Source: Candidatus Hydrogenedentota bacterium
GTDB lineage: Bacteria; Hydrogenedentota; Hydrogenedentia; Hydrogenedentales; SLHB01
Assembly: GCA_963745075.1 (NCBI GenBank)
Contig: CAVUWV010000001.1
Span: 32,001-96,000 of the forward strand
Direction: 5' to 3'
Length of the DNA: 64,000 nt
Shown: positions 50,259 through 59,285 of the stretch, in pieces
Position numbering within the stretch: the first letter of the stretch is position 1
Layout: each line of letters begins with the position of its first letter
Notes under the pieces: model-generated
The model's input: only the letters and a program-made list of their open reading frames with translations
Databases searched by the model: none
What the model was told of the DNA's origin: nothing
Translations under genes and position numbers: made by a program

Positions 50259-51431
50259 GTGAAGACCAAAGAATGGCGAATGCCCCGTCAAGATTTCTAC
50301 GAGCTGCTATGGAGCAAGCCCTTGAAGGTATTGGAAAGGGAGCTTGGGATTTGGTACGGCCAGATGCTGGGGATAATTCGAGACTACAAGATTCCTCAAC
50401 CGCCGATGGGATACTGGATGAAGGTCCAACATGGAAAGTCAGTTCGCAAGCCGCCATTGAAACCACTTCCGGGCAAAGAGGAAATCGTACTGAACCTTTA
50501 CGTCCCGGATGAACGTCCGTACGACGAGCAGCAAAGGCAGCAAGCGGAGGACTTGCTCGCAAATGAATTGAGCCCAGAAAAACGCATCGTCGTGCCCAAT
50601 GAGTTGACGGACGCTCATCCATTGGTTGTGAGGGCGGAACGGAGCCTTCGAAATGCGAGTACCAACGAGCGACACCTTCTAGTTCCGTCCGCACAGAACT
50701 GCCTTGATATTCGTGTGTCGAAGGAAGCTTTGCCTCGTGCGTTGCGAATCATGGATGCACTGATCAAAGCGCTTGTAGCCCGAGATATTGCCGTTGAACT
50801 TACTGGGGAGCGAGACATTCCAACACGCGTCATCGTCTTGGGAGAGGCATTTGGGATAGGTCTTGAGGAAAAGGTGGATCGGCGGGAAAAGGAACTAACG
50901 CCGCAACAAAAGAAAGAGAAGGAGCGGCACTCATGGATGTACAGTCGGCAAGAATTCACGTACCATCCAAATGGTCAGTTTGTACTCAGCATCAAAGAAG
51001 GGCGGACAAGCTACGGTCGCCAGAACTGGTCGGATGGAAAAGTGCAACGGGTCGAAAACCTTCTAAACAAGTTTGTCTGCGCGTTGTACCGTTCTGCGGT
51101 CACCGCTCGTTCGGACCGGATGCAGCGCGAGATCGACGAAGCGAAGCGACTGGAGAAACAGCGGAGGAATGAAGAACTGCGGCGACTGCAGCAGATTGAA
51201 CGCGCACGACTCGAGAACCTGGAGAAGCACGCCGAATCGTGGAAGCGCAGCCAAACGATCAGAGCGTATATTGCCGCCGTTCAGGAACGGGCTGAGAAGG
51301 AGAAGTTCGCGCACGGAGACCTTCCGGTGACAGAATGGATAGACTGGGCGCTCCAACAGGCTGATCGCCTTGACCCACTCTGCGTGAGCCCTTACTCCGT
51401 GCTTGACGAGAAGGTAGACTCGTGGTGGTGA
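50259..51431 (+). CDS. Hypothetical protein at the island end
   Basis: R..FYELLWSKP...IPQPPMGYWMK; ALPRALRIMDALIKAL; WIDWALQQADRLDPL; GGAGGA RBS. Confidence 0.75.
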   Translation: MKTKEWRMPRQDFYELLWSKPLKVLERELGIWYGQMLGIIRDYKIPQPPMGYWMKVQHGKSVRKPPLKPLPGKEEIVLNLYVPDERPYDEQQRQQAEDLLANELSPEKRIVVPNELTDAHPLVVRAERSLRNASTNERHLLVPSAQNCLDIRVSKEALPRALRIMDALIKALVARDIAVELTGERDIPTRVIVLGEAFGIGLEEKVDRREKELTPQQKKEKERHSWMYSRQEFTYHPNGQFVLSIKEGRTSYGRQNWSDGKVQRVENLLNKFVCALYRSAVTARSDRMQREIDEAKRLEKQRRNEELRRLQQIERARLENLEKHAESWKRSQTIRAYIAAVQERAEKEKFAHGDLPVTEWIDWALQQADRLDPLCVSPYSVLDEKVDSWW

Positions 51432-51642
51432 TTGCACAACGCGACCCGAGTCTGCTTAGGGTCAAGAGCGACGTTGCGAACGAGATTTCCTGCCCCACAG
51501 GTGATACTCAATTTGATACTTACGAATTGACGACCATGGTGAAAATGGTTAAGATGGGAAGGTGGTGAGGAGCGAGCGTATCTCGCTCAGTTGTCGTAAG
51601 TTATAGATTTTGTAAGCACTTGCGGTGGCTTGGGTTAAGACT

Positions 51643-51687
51643 CTCATAACCCAAAGGTCGCAGGTTCGAATCCTGCCCCCGCTACCA
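51643..51687 (+). mobile_element. att-like site: 3' half of tRNA-Met(CAT) including the CCA end, copy 3
   Basis: Identical core plus TACCA; paired direct repeats TGATACT (51502/51514) and TGTACCC (51758/51770) flank it. Confidence 0.9.
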
Positions 51688-51696
51688 TGTTGATAC

Positions 51697-51731
51697 AAAG
51701 GGGCTTGCAGCAATTGCAGGTCCCTTTTTTT
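51697..51731 (+). terminator. Intrinsic terminator after the tRNA 3' fragment
   Basis: AAAGGGGCTTGCA-GCAAT-TGCAGGTCCCTTTTTTT. Confidence 0.75.
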
Positions 51732-51824
51732 GTGTTTTATGGATATTTTCGGGCCACTGTACCCTGATTTGTACCCCAGAATTTCGGGCCTGCAGGTTCC
51801 AGAACCATCGAAAGGGAATCTGCA

Positions 51825-52535
51825 ATGGCGGGTCTTCGAAAACGCGGTATAATGTATTATGCGCGCGAATATGACCTCCTGTCCGAAATGAACCGTATCG
51901 GTATCGATCAATTCATCACAAGTCCGTTTCGCGCATTGGCGAGTGATACCGAGGCCGGTAATGGAGAAACGTTGGAGGTCTGCGAGGCCAATCCAGACCG
52001 GTTTTTAATGCTTTTTGTGGTCAACCCTCACCGGTCCGGGCGCGTCGACGCCGATTTTGCGCCATCTGCTAGCCATCCTCAGGTGAATGGACTAAAGTTT
52101 CACTGCGAAGTTCATGCCTATCCGACGGAGGGCGAAGGTTACACATGGGGCTGGCGTACGGCGCCAGGAAAGGGAATGCCGTCGTTGGTCCACACGTATC
52201 CGGCGAGCGTTTTGGCGGTTGTTCCCAAGTTGGCCGATCAATATCCTGATGCGAAGTTTATCATTGTGCGTCATTTTGGACCCGAAAACCTCGACCAAGC
52301 GCCACCGCTCATTCACGACAGGGCAAACGTTTATTCGGACACCTGTGTGTCACTCCTGCCTCTTGGGACCATAGAACGCCTCGTACGCGAGCTGGGCGAT
52401 GAGAGAATTCTATTTGGCACGGACATGCCCTACCTCAACGGCGGCCAGATTGGGAAGGTTCTTCTGGCTGAACTGGATGGTGAGGTTAAGAAGAAGCTCC
52501 TGGCCAAATACCCTAAGCGGCTCTTTTCTTTATAG
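51825..52535 (+). pseudogene. Amidohydrolase_2 family, N-terminally truncated and fused to an integrase-like start
   Basis: GLKFH, LVHT, RILFGTDMP present but the N-terminal D-x-H-x-H is absent; begins MAGLRKRGIMYYAR. Confidence 0.65.
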
Positions 52536-52553
52536 ATTAAACGGGAGAGTTCA

Positions 52554-53792
52554 TTGCGATTCGTTCGTTTATGTATCACTGCGATGCTTGCCACGAGGAT
52601 GTCCGCGTACGCCTTGCAACCGAAGCCGGGTGACGCGCCGCCCCCGGAAATTCGCGCGAAGATAAAAGCCTTGGCGCCTGAACTCGAGCGGGCAATGGCG
52701 TCGGAGAATGAGAAGGCCGTCTACGAGGTGGTCGCGAAAATTCGGCACGTCTACGGACCCTTCGCGGGAATACCGGAGTCGCCCGAACATTACGTTAAGC
52801 CGGTGAAAACCGACGATCCACCGTTGGATGCGCTGATTAGTGGGTGGAGGGCACTGTTCAACCGTATACTCGCGAAACGGGGTTGCCACAGCGAAATCGC
52901 CAAGAAGAATCAAATGGAACTGCGCGAATCCGCGTCTATCGCGACGGCATGTCTGGTGATGGCGGAAGCTGGGGTTCCCGACTCTCCGACATATAAAGCC
53001 CGCGCCAGAGAGGAACTCGATTATTTGTTGGCGCGCCAGGCGGAGAGCGGATTGTTTCCGTTCCCGGCCTACCCGGCCGCTTCAGCGCCGAATCTGGCGG
53101 CGATGGCGGAACGCATGCGGACGGAGCATCCAGACGACATCAAGAACGGGTACTTCATTGCCGATCGCGACGGCGGCGCCCAGTTCGACACGGGGTGTTG
53201 CGCCTATGCGCTACTACAAGGCTTCAAGGACCTCGGCAACGAGCGATACTTGGCCGCGGCCCGAAAGGCAGGCGACTGGGCGGTGGCGCGCCGTCTCGTG
53301 GCTAACTGGAACTACAACAGTTTCAGCGTGTGGCAACTCTCCGCATTGTACGACGCCACCAAGGAGCGAAAGTACCTGGACGCTGCGGTTGAAAAGGCGA
53401 TCTTGGGCGTGTTACCCGGTCTAATGGAAAATGGGCGGTGGGTTGACCCGCATAACGCCAAGCAGTCGTATCACTTCATCATGCTTCGGGCGCTAAATGA
53501 GTTGCTTCGCGTATTGCCGAAAAACTACCCGCGGTACGGCGAGATTCGTGACAAAACGGTACTGGCAGCGAACTCCGGCGCAAAAGACATACTGCGTAAT
53601 GGGGTATCCAACTCGGAAAGTGCGCTGATCGCGCTTTCACTCCTCCAGGCGAACATCGGGCCAAAGCCCTTATGGCACGACGCCGCCAACGCCATTGTCA
53701 ATGCGCTTATTGCGGCGAAGAAGGGAGATCCCATTTCGTTGCCATTTTACATCCGTTACCGTTCTCAACCGGCCGGGATCGGCCGTTCGTAG
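52554..53792 (+). CDS. Secreted hypothetical protein (alpha/alpha toroid-like)
   Basis: Signal peptide; LDYLLARQAESGLFP, YLAAARKAGDW, NWNYNSF. Confidence 0.7.
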   Translation: MRFVRLCITAMLATRMSAYALQPKPGDAPPPEIRAKIKALAPELERAMASENEKAVYEVVAKIRHVYGPFAGIPESPEHYVKPVKTDDPPLDALISGWRALFNRILAKRGCHSEIAKKNQMELRESASIATACLVMAEAGVPDSPTYKARAREELDYLLARQAESGLFPFPAYPAASAPNLAAMAERMRTEHPDDIKNGYFIADRDGGAQFDTGCCAYALLQGFKDLGNERYLAAARKAGDWAVARRLVANWNYNSFSVWQLSALYDATKERKYLDAAVEKAILGVLPGLMENGRWVDPHNAKQSYHFIMLRALNELLRVLPKNYPRYGEIRDKTVLAANSGAKDILRNGVSNSESALIALSLLQANIGPKPLWHDAANAIVNALIAAKKGDPISLPFYIRYRSQPAGIGRS

Positions 53793-53856
53793 TCGCGCCT
53801 ACGATGCACGCATATCTGTATCACCGATGGATCTTCCGCCAAATCAGCGTTGGAAC

Positions 53857-55260
53857 TTACAGGGTCCAACCTTCTCGGTAGACACGGCGGACGTAGGCGT
53901 TGGCGTCTGTGTCGTTGGTGACTTCCATCTTTTCGCCGTCCCACAACAGATTCCGATCCGGGAACCGGACTGCCAGGTTTCCCATGAGAACCATCTCCGA
54001 CAACGGCCCCGAGTAGTCGAAGTTCGAGTCGGCCGGCTCTCCCGTCTTGCACGCCCGGACCCAGTCCTGTTCGTGGCCGCCCGCGTCGCCGGGAATGCGC
54101 GGGATGCTCGGCGCCGGAGGCGTGAAGGCCTTCATGCGTGCTTGGGGGATCAGCTTGGGGTCGCGCCCATAGCACCCGCACATCAGCGTGCCCTCGTCAC
54201 CCAAGAAAAGCAGCCCGCCGTCCGAGTCGCCCATCGTGCGCCAATCTTCAAGTTCCTCGGGTCGAGGCGGCATCATGCCGCCGTCATACCAGGTCAGCTT
54301 CACTTCCGGCATTCCTTCCCGTTTAGGAAATTTGTACCGGATTATCGTCGACCGCGGGTAGTTCTCGTTCTTCGGTTCCGTCTTTTTCCAGAATCCTCCC
54401 CAGTACGTCGAAATGCAGGCATTCACACTCACGGGGTATTTCAGTTTGAGCGCCCAGAACGCCGGGTCCAGAATGTGGCAGCCCAGGTCCCCAAGCGAGC
54501 CCGTACCGAAATCCCACCACGCGCGCCACTTCTCCGGTAAATAGTCGGGGTGATACGGACGCATCGGCGCCGGGCCGATCCAGCGGTCCCAATCCAGCGT
54601 CGCCGGCACGGGAGGCGTGTCCTTCGGACGATCCACTTCAATGCCCTGCGGCCACACCGGCCGGTTGGTCCAGGCGTGGACTTCGTGCACCTTTCCGATG
54701 GCGCCGCTCCAAATCCATTCGCAGATTTGACGGGTACCTTCGCCGGAGTGCCCCTGGTTGCCCATCTGCGTCATCACCTTGTGCTTCCGGGCCTCCTCGG
54801 TCATCGCCCGCACTTCGTTCACCGAGTGTGCGAGGGGTTTTTGGACGTACACATGCTTGCCCGCCCGGATTGCGGCCAACGCGATCACGGCATGAGTGTG
54901 GTCGGGCGTTGCGACGATCACCGCGTCAAGATGTTTTTCCTTGTCCAGCATCTTGCGGAAGTCACCGTACTTCTTCGCCTTCGGATACGTTTCAAACACC
55001 AGCCCGGCATACTTCTCATCCACGTCGCACAACGCCACGATGTTCTCCGTCTCGGCGCACGCTTTGATGTTGTTTTTGCCCATGCCGCCGATGCCCACCG
55101 CGGCAATATTGAGCTTCTCATTCGCCGACTTCTTCTTGCGGGCCCCGACAAGAAGACTCTGCGGAAGCACCGAAACGGCCGCCATGCCGGCAGCGCCCAT
55201 CACAAAATCACGCCTCGGAATACCTTCACCCGCACCGTTCGCCGATTCGGTGTCATTCAT
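53857..55260 (-). CDS. Gfo/Idh/MocA oxidoreductase with Tat signal
   Basis: PRRDFV; GIGGMG; ATPDHTH; YVQKPL; GDLGCH. Confidence 0.95.
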   Translation of the reverse strand: MNDTESANGAGEGIPRRDFVMGAAGMAAVSVLPQSLLVGARKKKSANEKLNIAAVGIGGMGKNNIKACAETENIVALCDVDEKYAGLVFETYPKAKKYGDFRKMLDKEKHLDAVIVATPDHTHAVIALAAIRAGKHVYVQKPLAHSVNEVRAMTEEARKHKVMTQMGNQGHSGEGTRQICEWIWSGAIGKVHEVHAWTNRPVWPQGIEVDRPKDTPPVPATLDWDRWIGPAPMRPYHPDYLPEKWRAWWDFGTGSLGDLGCHILDPAFWALKLKYPVSVNACISTYWGGFWKKTEPKNENYPRSTIIRYKFPKREGMPEVKLTWYDGGMMPPRPEELEDWRTMGDSDGGLLFLGDEGTLMCGCYGRDPKLIPQARMKAFTPPAPSIPRIPGDAGGHEQDWVRACKTGEPADSNFDYSGPLSEMVLMGNLAVRFPDRNLLWDGEKMEVTNDTDANAYVRRVYREGWTL

Positions 55261-55595
55261 GATATGTCTCCTATCATTACGAAGTTGATAACCAACGAGT
55301 CTACTCCAACGTCTACCGGCAAGCCAAACGGGGACGGGGGATTTGCCGGAAATTCCTCGCCCAGCACTACGAGCACGTCCCCGAGAAACTCCCGGCCGAA
55401 AACGTCAACCCCCACATCCCATGGCTGTACAACTTCAAGCTCGACTTCCACTTCAAGTAGCCCAAGGGACACCGCGTCTAATCAATTGGCCCAAATAAAC
55501 CCCTGCGAACGGGGGCGTAGGAATGGACTGACGTTTGACGCCGTCGCTGTGCCTGCTCCACAATGCCATTCTGACCGAAAGCGGGGTAGGCCACG

Positions 55596-56996
55596 ATGGC
55601 GAAAAGATTTCTTCTGATAGCAATTCTCCTGTCCGTTACGAGCGTCGCACAGGAATCTCCCACGGCCGCGTCTGCGAAACGAGCGCTGCACCGTGCGGTC
55701 GCATTCTTTCGTGAGAGCATCTCCGTCGAAGGCAGCTACCTCTGGCGGTACAGCGACGATCTGACGTATCGCGAAGGCGAAGGCAAAGCCGACGACCAGA
55801 CGGGCTGGGTGCAACCGCCCGGCACGCCGTACGTCGGCGAAGCGTACCTGGCCGCCTTCGAGGCCACGGACGACCCCGACTATCTCGATGCCGCCCGCGA
55901 AACCGCCAACGCCCTCGTGCGGACCCAACTTCAGTCGGGAGGGTGGTCTTACCCCATCTACTTCGACACGAAGAGGCGGGAAAAGCAGGCCTATCGCGCA
56001 GACGGACGGAAGGACGGAAACAATGTTTCCACGCTGGACGACAACACGACCCAGGCGGCCCTGCGGTTTCTCATGAAGGTCGACAAGGCCAACGGGTTTA
56101 AGGACGAGGCCCTGCACGAATGCGTAATGTACGGTCTGAACGCGCTGCTCGACGTCCAATACCCGAACGGCGCGTGGCCCCAACGTTTCTCCGGCCCGCC
56201 GGATGCGAGTCAGTTTCCTGTCGTGAACGCGTCGTATCCCGAGTCCTGGCCCCGCGAGTTCCCGAAGAGGGACTACCAGCACGACTACACCTTCAACGAC
56301 AACACCATTGCGGACGTCATCGATACGCTCCTCGATGCGGCGGACGTTTATGGCGATGACCGCTATCGCGCCGCCGCGTTGAAAGGCGGCGATTTCATGC
56401 TCCTGGCCCAGATGCCGGACCCGCAACCCGCCTGGGCGCAACAGTACGACCGCGACATGCATCCGGTCTGGGCGCGCAAGTTCGAACCGCCCGCAGTGAC
56501 CGGCGGCGAATCGCAAGGCGTCATGCGCTGCCTCATCGAACTGTCCCGCCGGACGGGGGAGAAGCGGTTCCTGGAACCCATCCCCAAAGCGATTGCATAC
56601 CTGCGCGCATCGGAACTGCCCGATGGACGCCTCGCCCGGTTTTACGAACTCAAGACCAACACGCCGATCTACTTCACGATGGACTATCACCTCACCTACT
56701 CCAGCGACGACATGCCGACCCATTATTCATTTATCGTTGGATCGTCATTGGATGCAATCGGAGCTTCCTACGAGAAAGCGCTGAAGGAGAACGCGCCTCC
56801 CGCAAAATCCAAACCGTCTGCGCCATCCGCGGAACGGGTGCAGGAAATCATCGATTCTCTGGACTACCAGGGCGCCTGGGTACAGGACGGCGAATTGCGC
56901 TACCACGAGAACACCGGCGTAAAGCGTGTCATCGATTGCCGGACCTTCGCCGCCAACGTCCGCACGCTCGCCGCGTACGTAGCGGCTTCGCAATGA
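55596..56996 (+). CDS. Pectate lyase (PL10-like)
   Basis: TLDDNTT, QYPNGAWPQ, TFNDN, WAQQYD, ARKFEP, ARFYEL. Confidence 0.85.
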   Translation: MAKRFLLIAILLSVTSVAQESPTAASAKRALHRAVAFFRESISVEGSYLWRYSDDLTYREGEGKADDQTGWVQPPGTPYVGEAYLAAFEATDDPDYLDAARETANALVRTQLQSGGWSYPIYFDTKRREKQAYRADGRKDGNNVSTLDDNTTQAALRFLMKVDKANGFKDEALHECVMYGLNALLDVQYPNGAWPQRFSGPPDASQFPVVNASYPESWPREFPKRDYQHDYTFNDNTIADVIDTLLDAADVYGDDRYRAAALKGGDFMLLAQMPDPQPAWAQQYDRDMHPVWARKFEPPAVTGGESQGVMRCLIELSRRTGEKRFLEPIPKAIAYLRASELPDGRLARFYELKTNTPIYFTMDYHLTYSSDDMPTHYSFIVGSSLDAIGASYEKALKENAPPAKSKPSAPSAERVQEIIDSLDYQGAWVQDGELRYHENTGVKRVIDCRTFAANVRTLAAYVAASQ

Positions 56997-57057
56997 CGTG
57001 AATGCCAATTACCGTTGCATCTTGACGATGGCAACAAAGGACTTGGGGGAATCTATC

Positions 57058-59067
57058 TTGAAACCGATCTTCTTGTTCGGAGCGTTCGCGATCGCTGTCT
57101 CAACTGCGGCACATTCAGAAGACAGGATCGCCTGGGAAGGCCTCTTCAGCCTGCCGAACGCAATTTCCGAAACCGCGACTTCGCCAGACGAAATCCAGAA
57201 TCTTCCCACGTCCTTTCGCTACGGCGGCGCTCCGTCATCCAAACTTCTGGCAAACTGGTCCTTCCGCACAACGGAACCGAAGCGTACAGATGGCACGACC
57301 TCGTTTTCCTGTGTATGGGCCGCGCCGGATGGATTCGAAGCGCGGCTCAATGTGGTGCATTTCGACGAGCCCGCCGCGGTCGAGACGCAGTGGGTGTTCA
57401 CGAACTTGGGCACCGAACCGAGCGAGCGGATCACCGACGCCTTCGCGATAGACCTGTCCGCGTCATCGGAAAAGGAACGTTGTGTCCTGCATAGCGCTAT
57501 GGGCGGCATCACGGGGACCATCAAACCCGCCCCGGAGTCCGCCGGATTCGAACTTGCCGCGACACCCTTGGGTGAAAAGGCACTCACCGTTTCGGACGGA
57601 CGTTCCAGCAACGGTCATCTCCCCTTCTTTTGCCTGGAACACTTCAGTGGCGAACGTGGCGTCGTTGGGGCCCTCGGCTGGTCCGGCCAGTGGGAGGCAC
57701 GAGGGGCCTTCGACGCGTCAACCAATAGGGTCACGTTTTACGCGGGCATGACGCCGGTCGGGTTCAGGCTTCCGCCAGGCGAAACGGTACGAATGCCACG
57801 GGCCTTACTCGTCCCCTTTGAAGGCGACGCCCGAGTTGGCACGAACCGGCTGCGGCGACTGCTCCGCGAGCATTACCAAGGACGGATCGACGGCGAGAGA
57901 GTCCTGTCACCGGTGTCGTTCAACACATGGTTCGTTTTTAACAACGACGTGAACGCCGCCATGCTGATGGAATTGGCCGGGGAAGCGGCGCCGTTGGGCA
58001 TCGAATACTTCTGCCTTGATGCCGGATGGTTTGACGGCGATTTCCCGAAAGGCGTGGGCAACTGGACGGTCAATCGGGAGAAGTTTCCGGACGGTCTCGA
58101 AGCCGAGGCCAATCGCGTCCACGATCTCGGCATGAAGTTCGGGCTGTGGTTTGAGCCCGAACGCGTCACGGAAGGCACGCGGTGGGCCACCGAACACGGC
58201 GACCTCCTCTACGAAGCGCGCGCGGCCGGCGACCGGCGGCTACTCGACCTGTCCAAACCGGAAGCGCGGCGTTTGATCGTCGACATGATAAGCGGATACG
58301 TCGACCGGCTCGGCGTGGACTGGATTCGCTACGATTTCAACATCAGCCCGCTCGGATTCTGGAAAGCCGCCGAAGGCCCTGACGAACAAGGGCTCGCCCA
58401 ACTCCGGTACATCAACGGCCTGTACGCCGTGCTCGATGAGCTGATGCAGCGCCACCCGGGGCTGCTCATTGAACAGTGCGCCAGTGGTGGACGACGCATC
58501 GACCTGGAGACCATACGGTACGGTCACACGTTCTGGAAGAGCGACGACACCTTCGACCAGCTATTGATGCGGTTCCACGAAACCGGCGGCAACGAATTCC
58601 TCTTGGCGGGACATCTCAACACCAACTACTGCACCTTCGCGTCGGCGGGCGAAGTGCTCGCATTGTTCGCCGGTCCCCTGGGTTTCGGCGCGGACTTCCG
58701 GACCCTCACCGACGAGCAAAAGGCATTCTTGAAGCGGGCGACCGCCGCGTACAAGGACATTCGTCAATACCTCAACGCCGACTACTATCCCGCCTTTCCC
58801 CAGACGAAAGACCCGGCCGCATGGAACGGTTGGCAATTCGTTGCGCCGGAAACGGGTGAGGGCGTGGTCATCGCTTACCGTCCCGAAACCGCGACCGACG
58901 AGCGCCGCGTCGTCCCGCTCAAGGGGCTCAAACCCGGCACGGACTACCGTCTACGCGAGGCCATGACAGGCGAGGAACGGGTCGTTTCTTCCCAGGACGT
59001 GGCGGCCGGAATCGAACTCACCTTAGCCCCCGGAACCTGCGAGGTCTGGCGTTATCGACCAGAATAG
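57058..59067 (+). CDS. Alpha-galactosidase (GH36)
   Basis: FNTW, FCLDAGWF, GNW, KFPDGL, FGLWFEPE, RYDFN, CASGGRR, KSD. Confidence 0.92.
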   Translation: MKPIFLFGAFAIAVSTAAHSEDRIAWEGLFSLPNAISETATSPDEIQNLPTSFRYGGAPSSKLLANWSFRTTEPKRTDGTTSFSCVWAAPDGFEARLNVVHFDEPAAVETQWVFTNLGTEPSERITDAFAIDLSASSEKERCVLHSAMGGITGTIKPAPESAGFELAATPLGEKALTVSDGRSSNGHLPFFCLEHFSGERGVVGALGWSGQWEARGAFDASTNRVTFYAGMTPVGFRLPPGETVRMPRALLVPFEGDARVGTNRLRRLLREHYQGRIDGERVLSPVSFNTWFVFNNDVNAAMLMELAGEAAPLGIEYFCLDAGWFDGDFPKGVGNWTVNREKFPDGLEAEANRVHDLGMKFGLWFEPERVTEGTRWATEHGDLLYEARAAGDRRLLDLSKPEARRLIVDMISGYVDRLGVDWIRYDFNISPLGFWKAAEGPDEQGLAQLRYINGLYAVLDELMQRHPGLLIEQCASGGRRIDLETIRYGHTFWKSDDTFDQLLMRFHETGGNEFLLAGHLNTNYCTFASAGEVLALFAGPLGFGADFRTLTDEQKAFLKRATAAYKDIRQYLNADYYPAFPQTKDPAAWNGWQFVAPETGEGVVIAYRPETATDERRVVPLKGLKPGTDYRLREAMTGEERVVSSQDVAAGIELTLAPGTCEVWRYRPE

Positions 59068-59285
59068 GGCTGTCGGAAACGCATTCCGTTCTCGGCACTA
59101 TTCTGGCCGTCGTGCCCCTCCGGTCGCATCGATCCGCGGATTTGCGTTAATATACGAGTTTTCGGAGTCCCGAGGTGGTGTTGCCGCGCCGGGCCGGGGC
59201 GCGCGGTGAAGGTCCTGCCGAACGTCCCCGCCAATCGTCCTCTCGCTGCAACCGGGTCTCGCCTTGGAAGAAAGGGAATCGACAC

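Noticed and set aside
51600..51687. Intact tRNA-Met gene
   Set aside because: Upstream sequence cannot form the 5' acceptor strand or D-arm; the same holds at 14634 and 46341.
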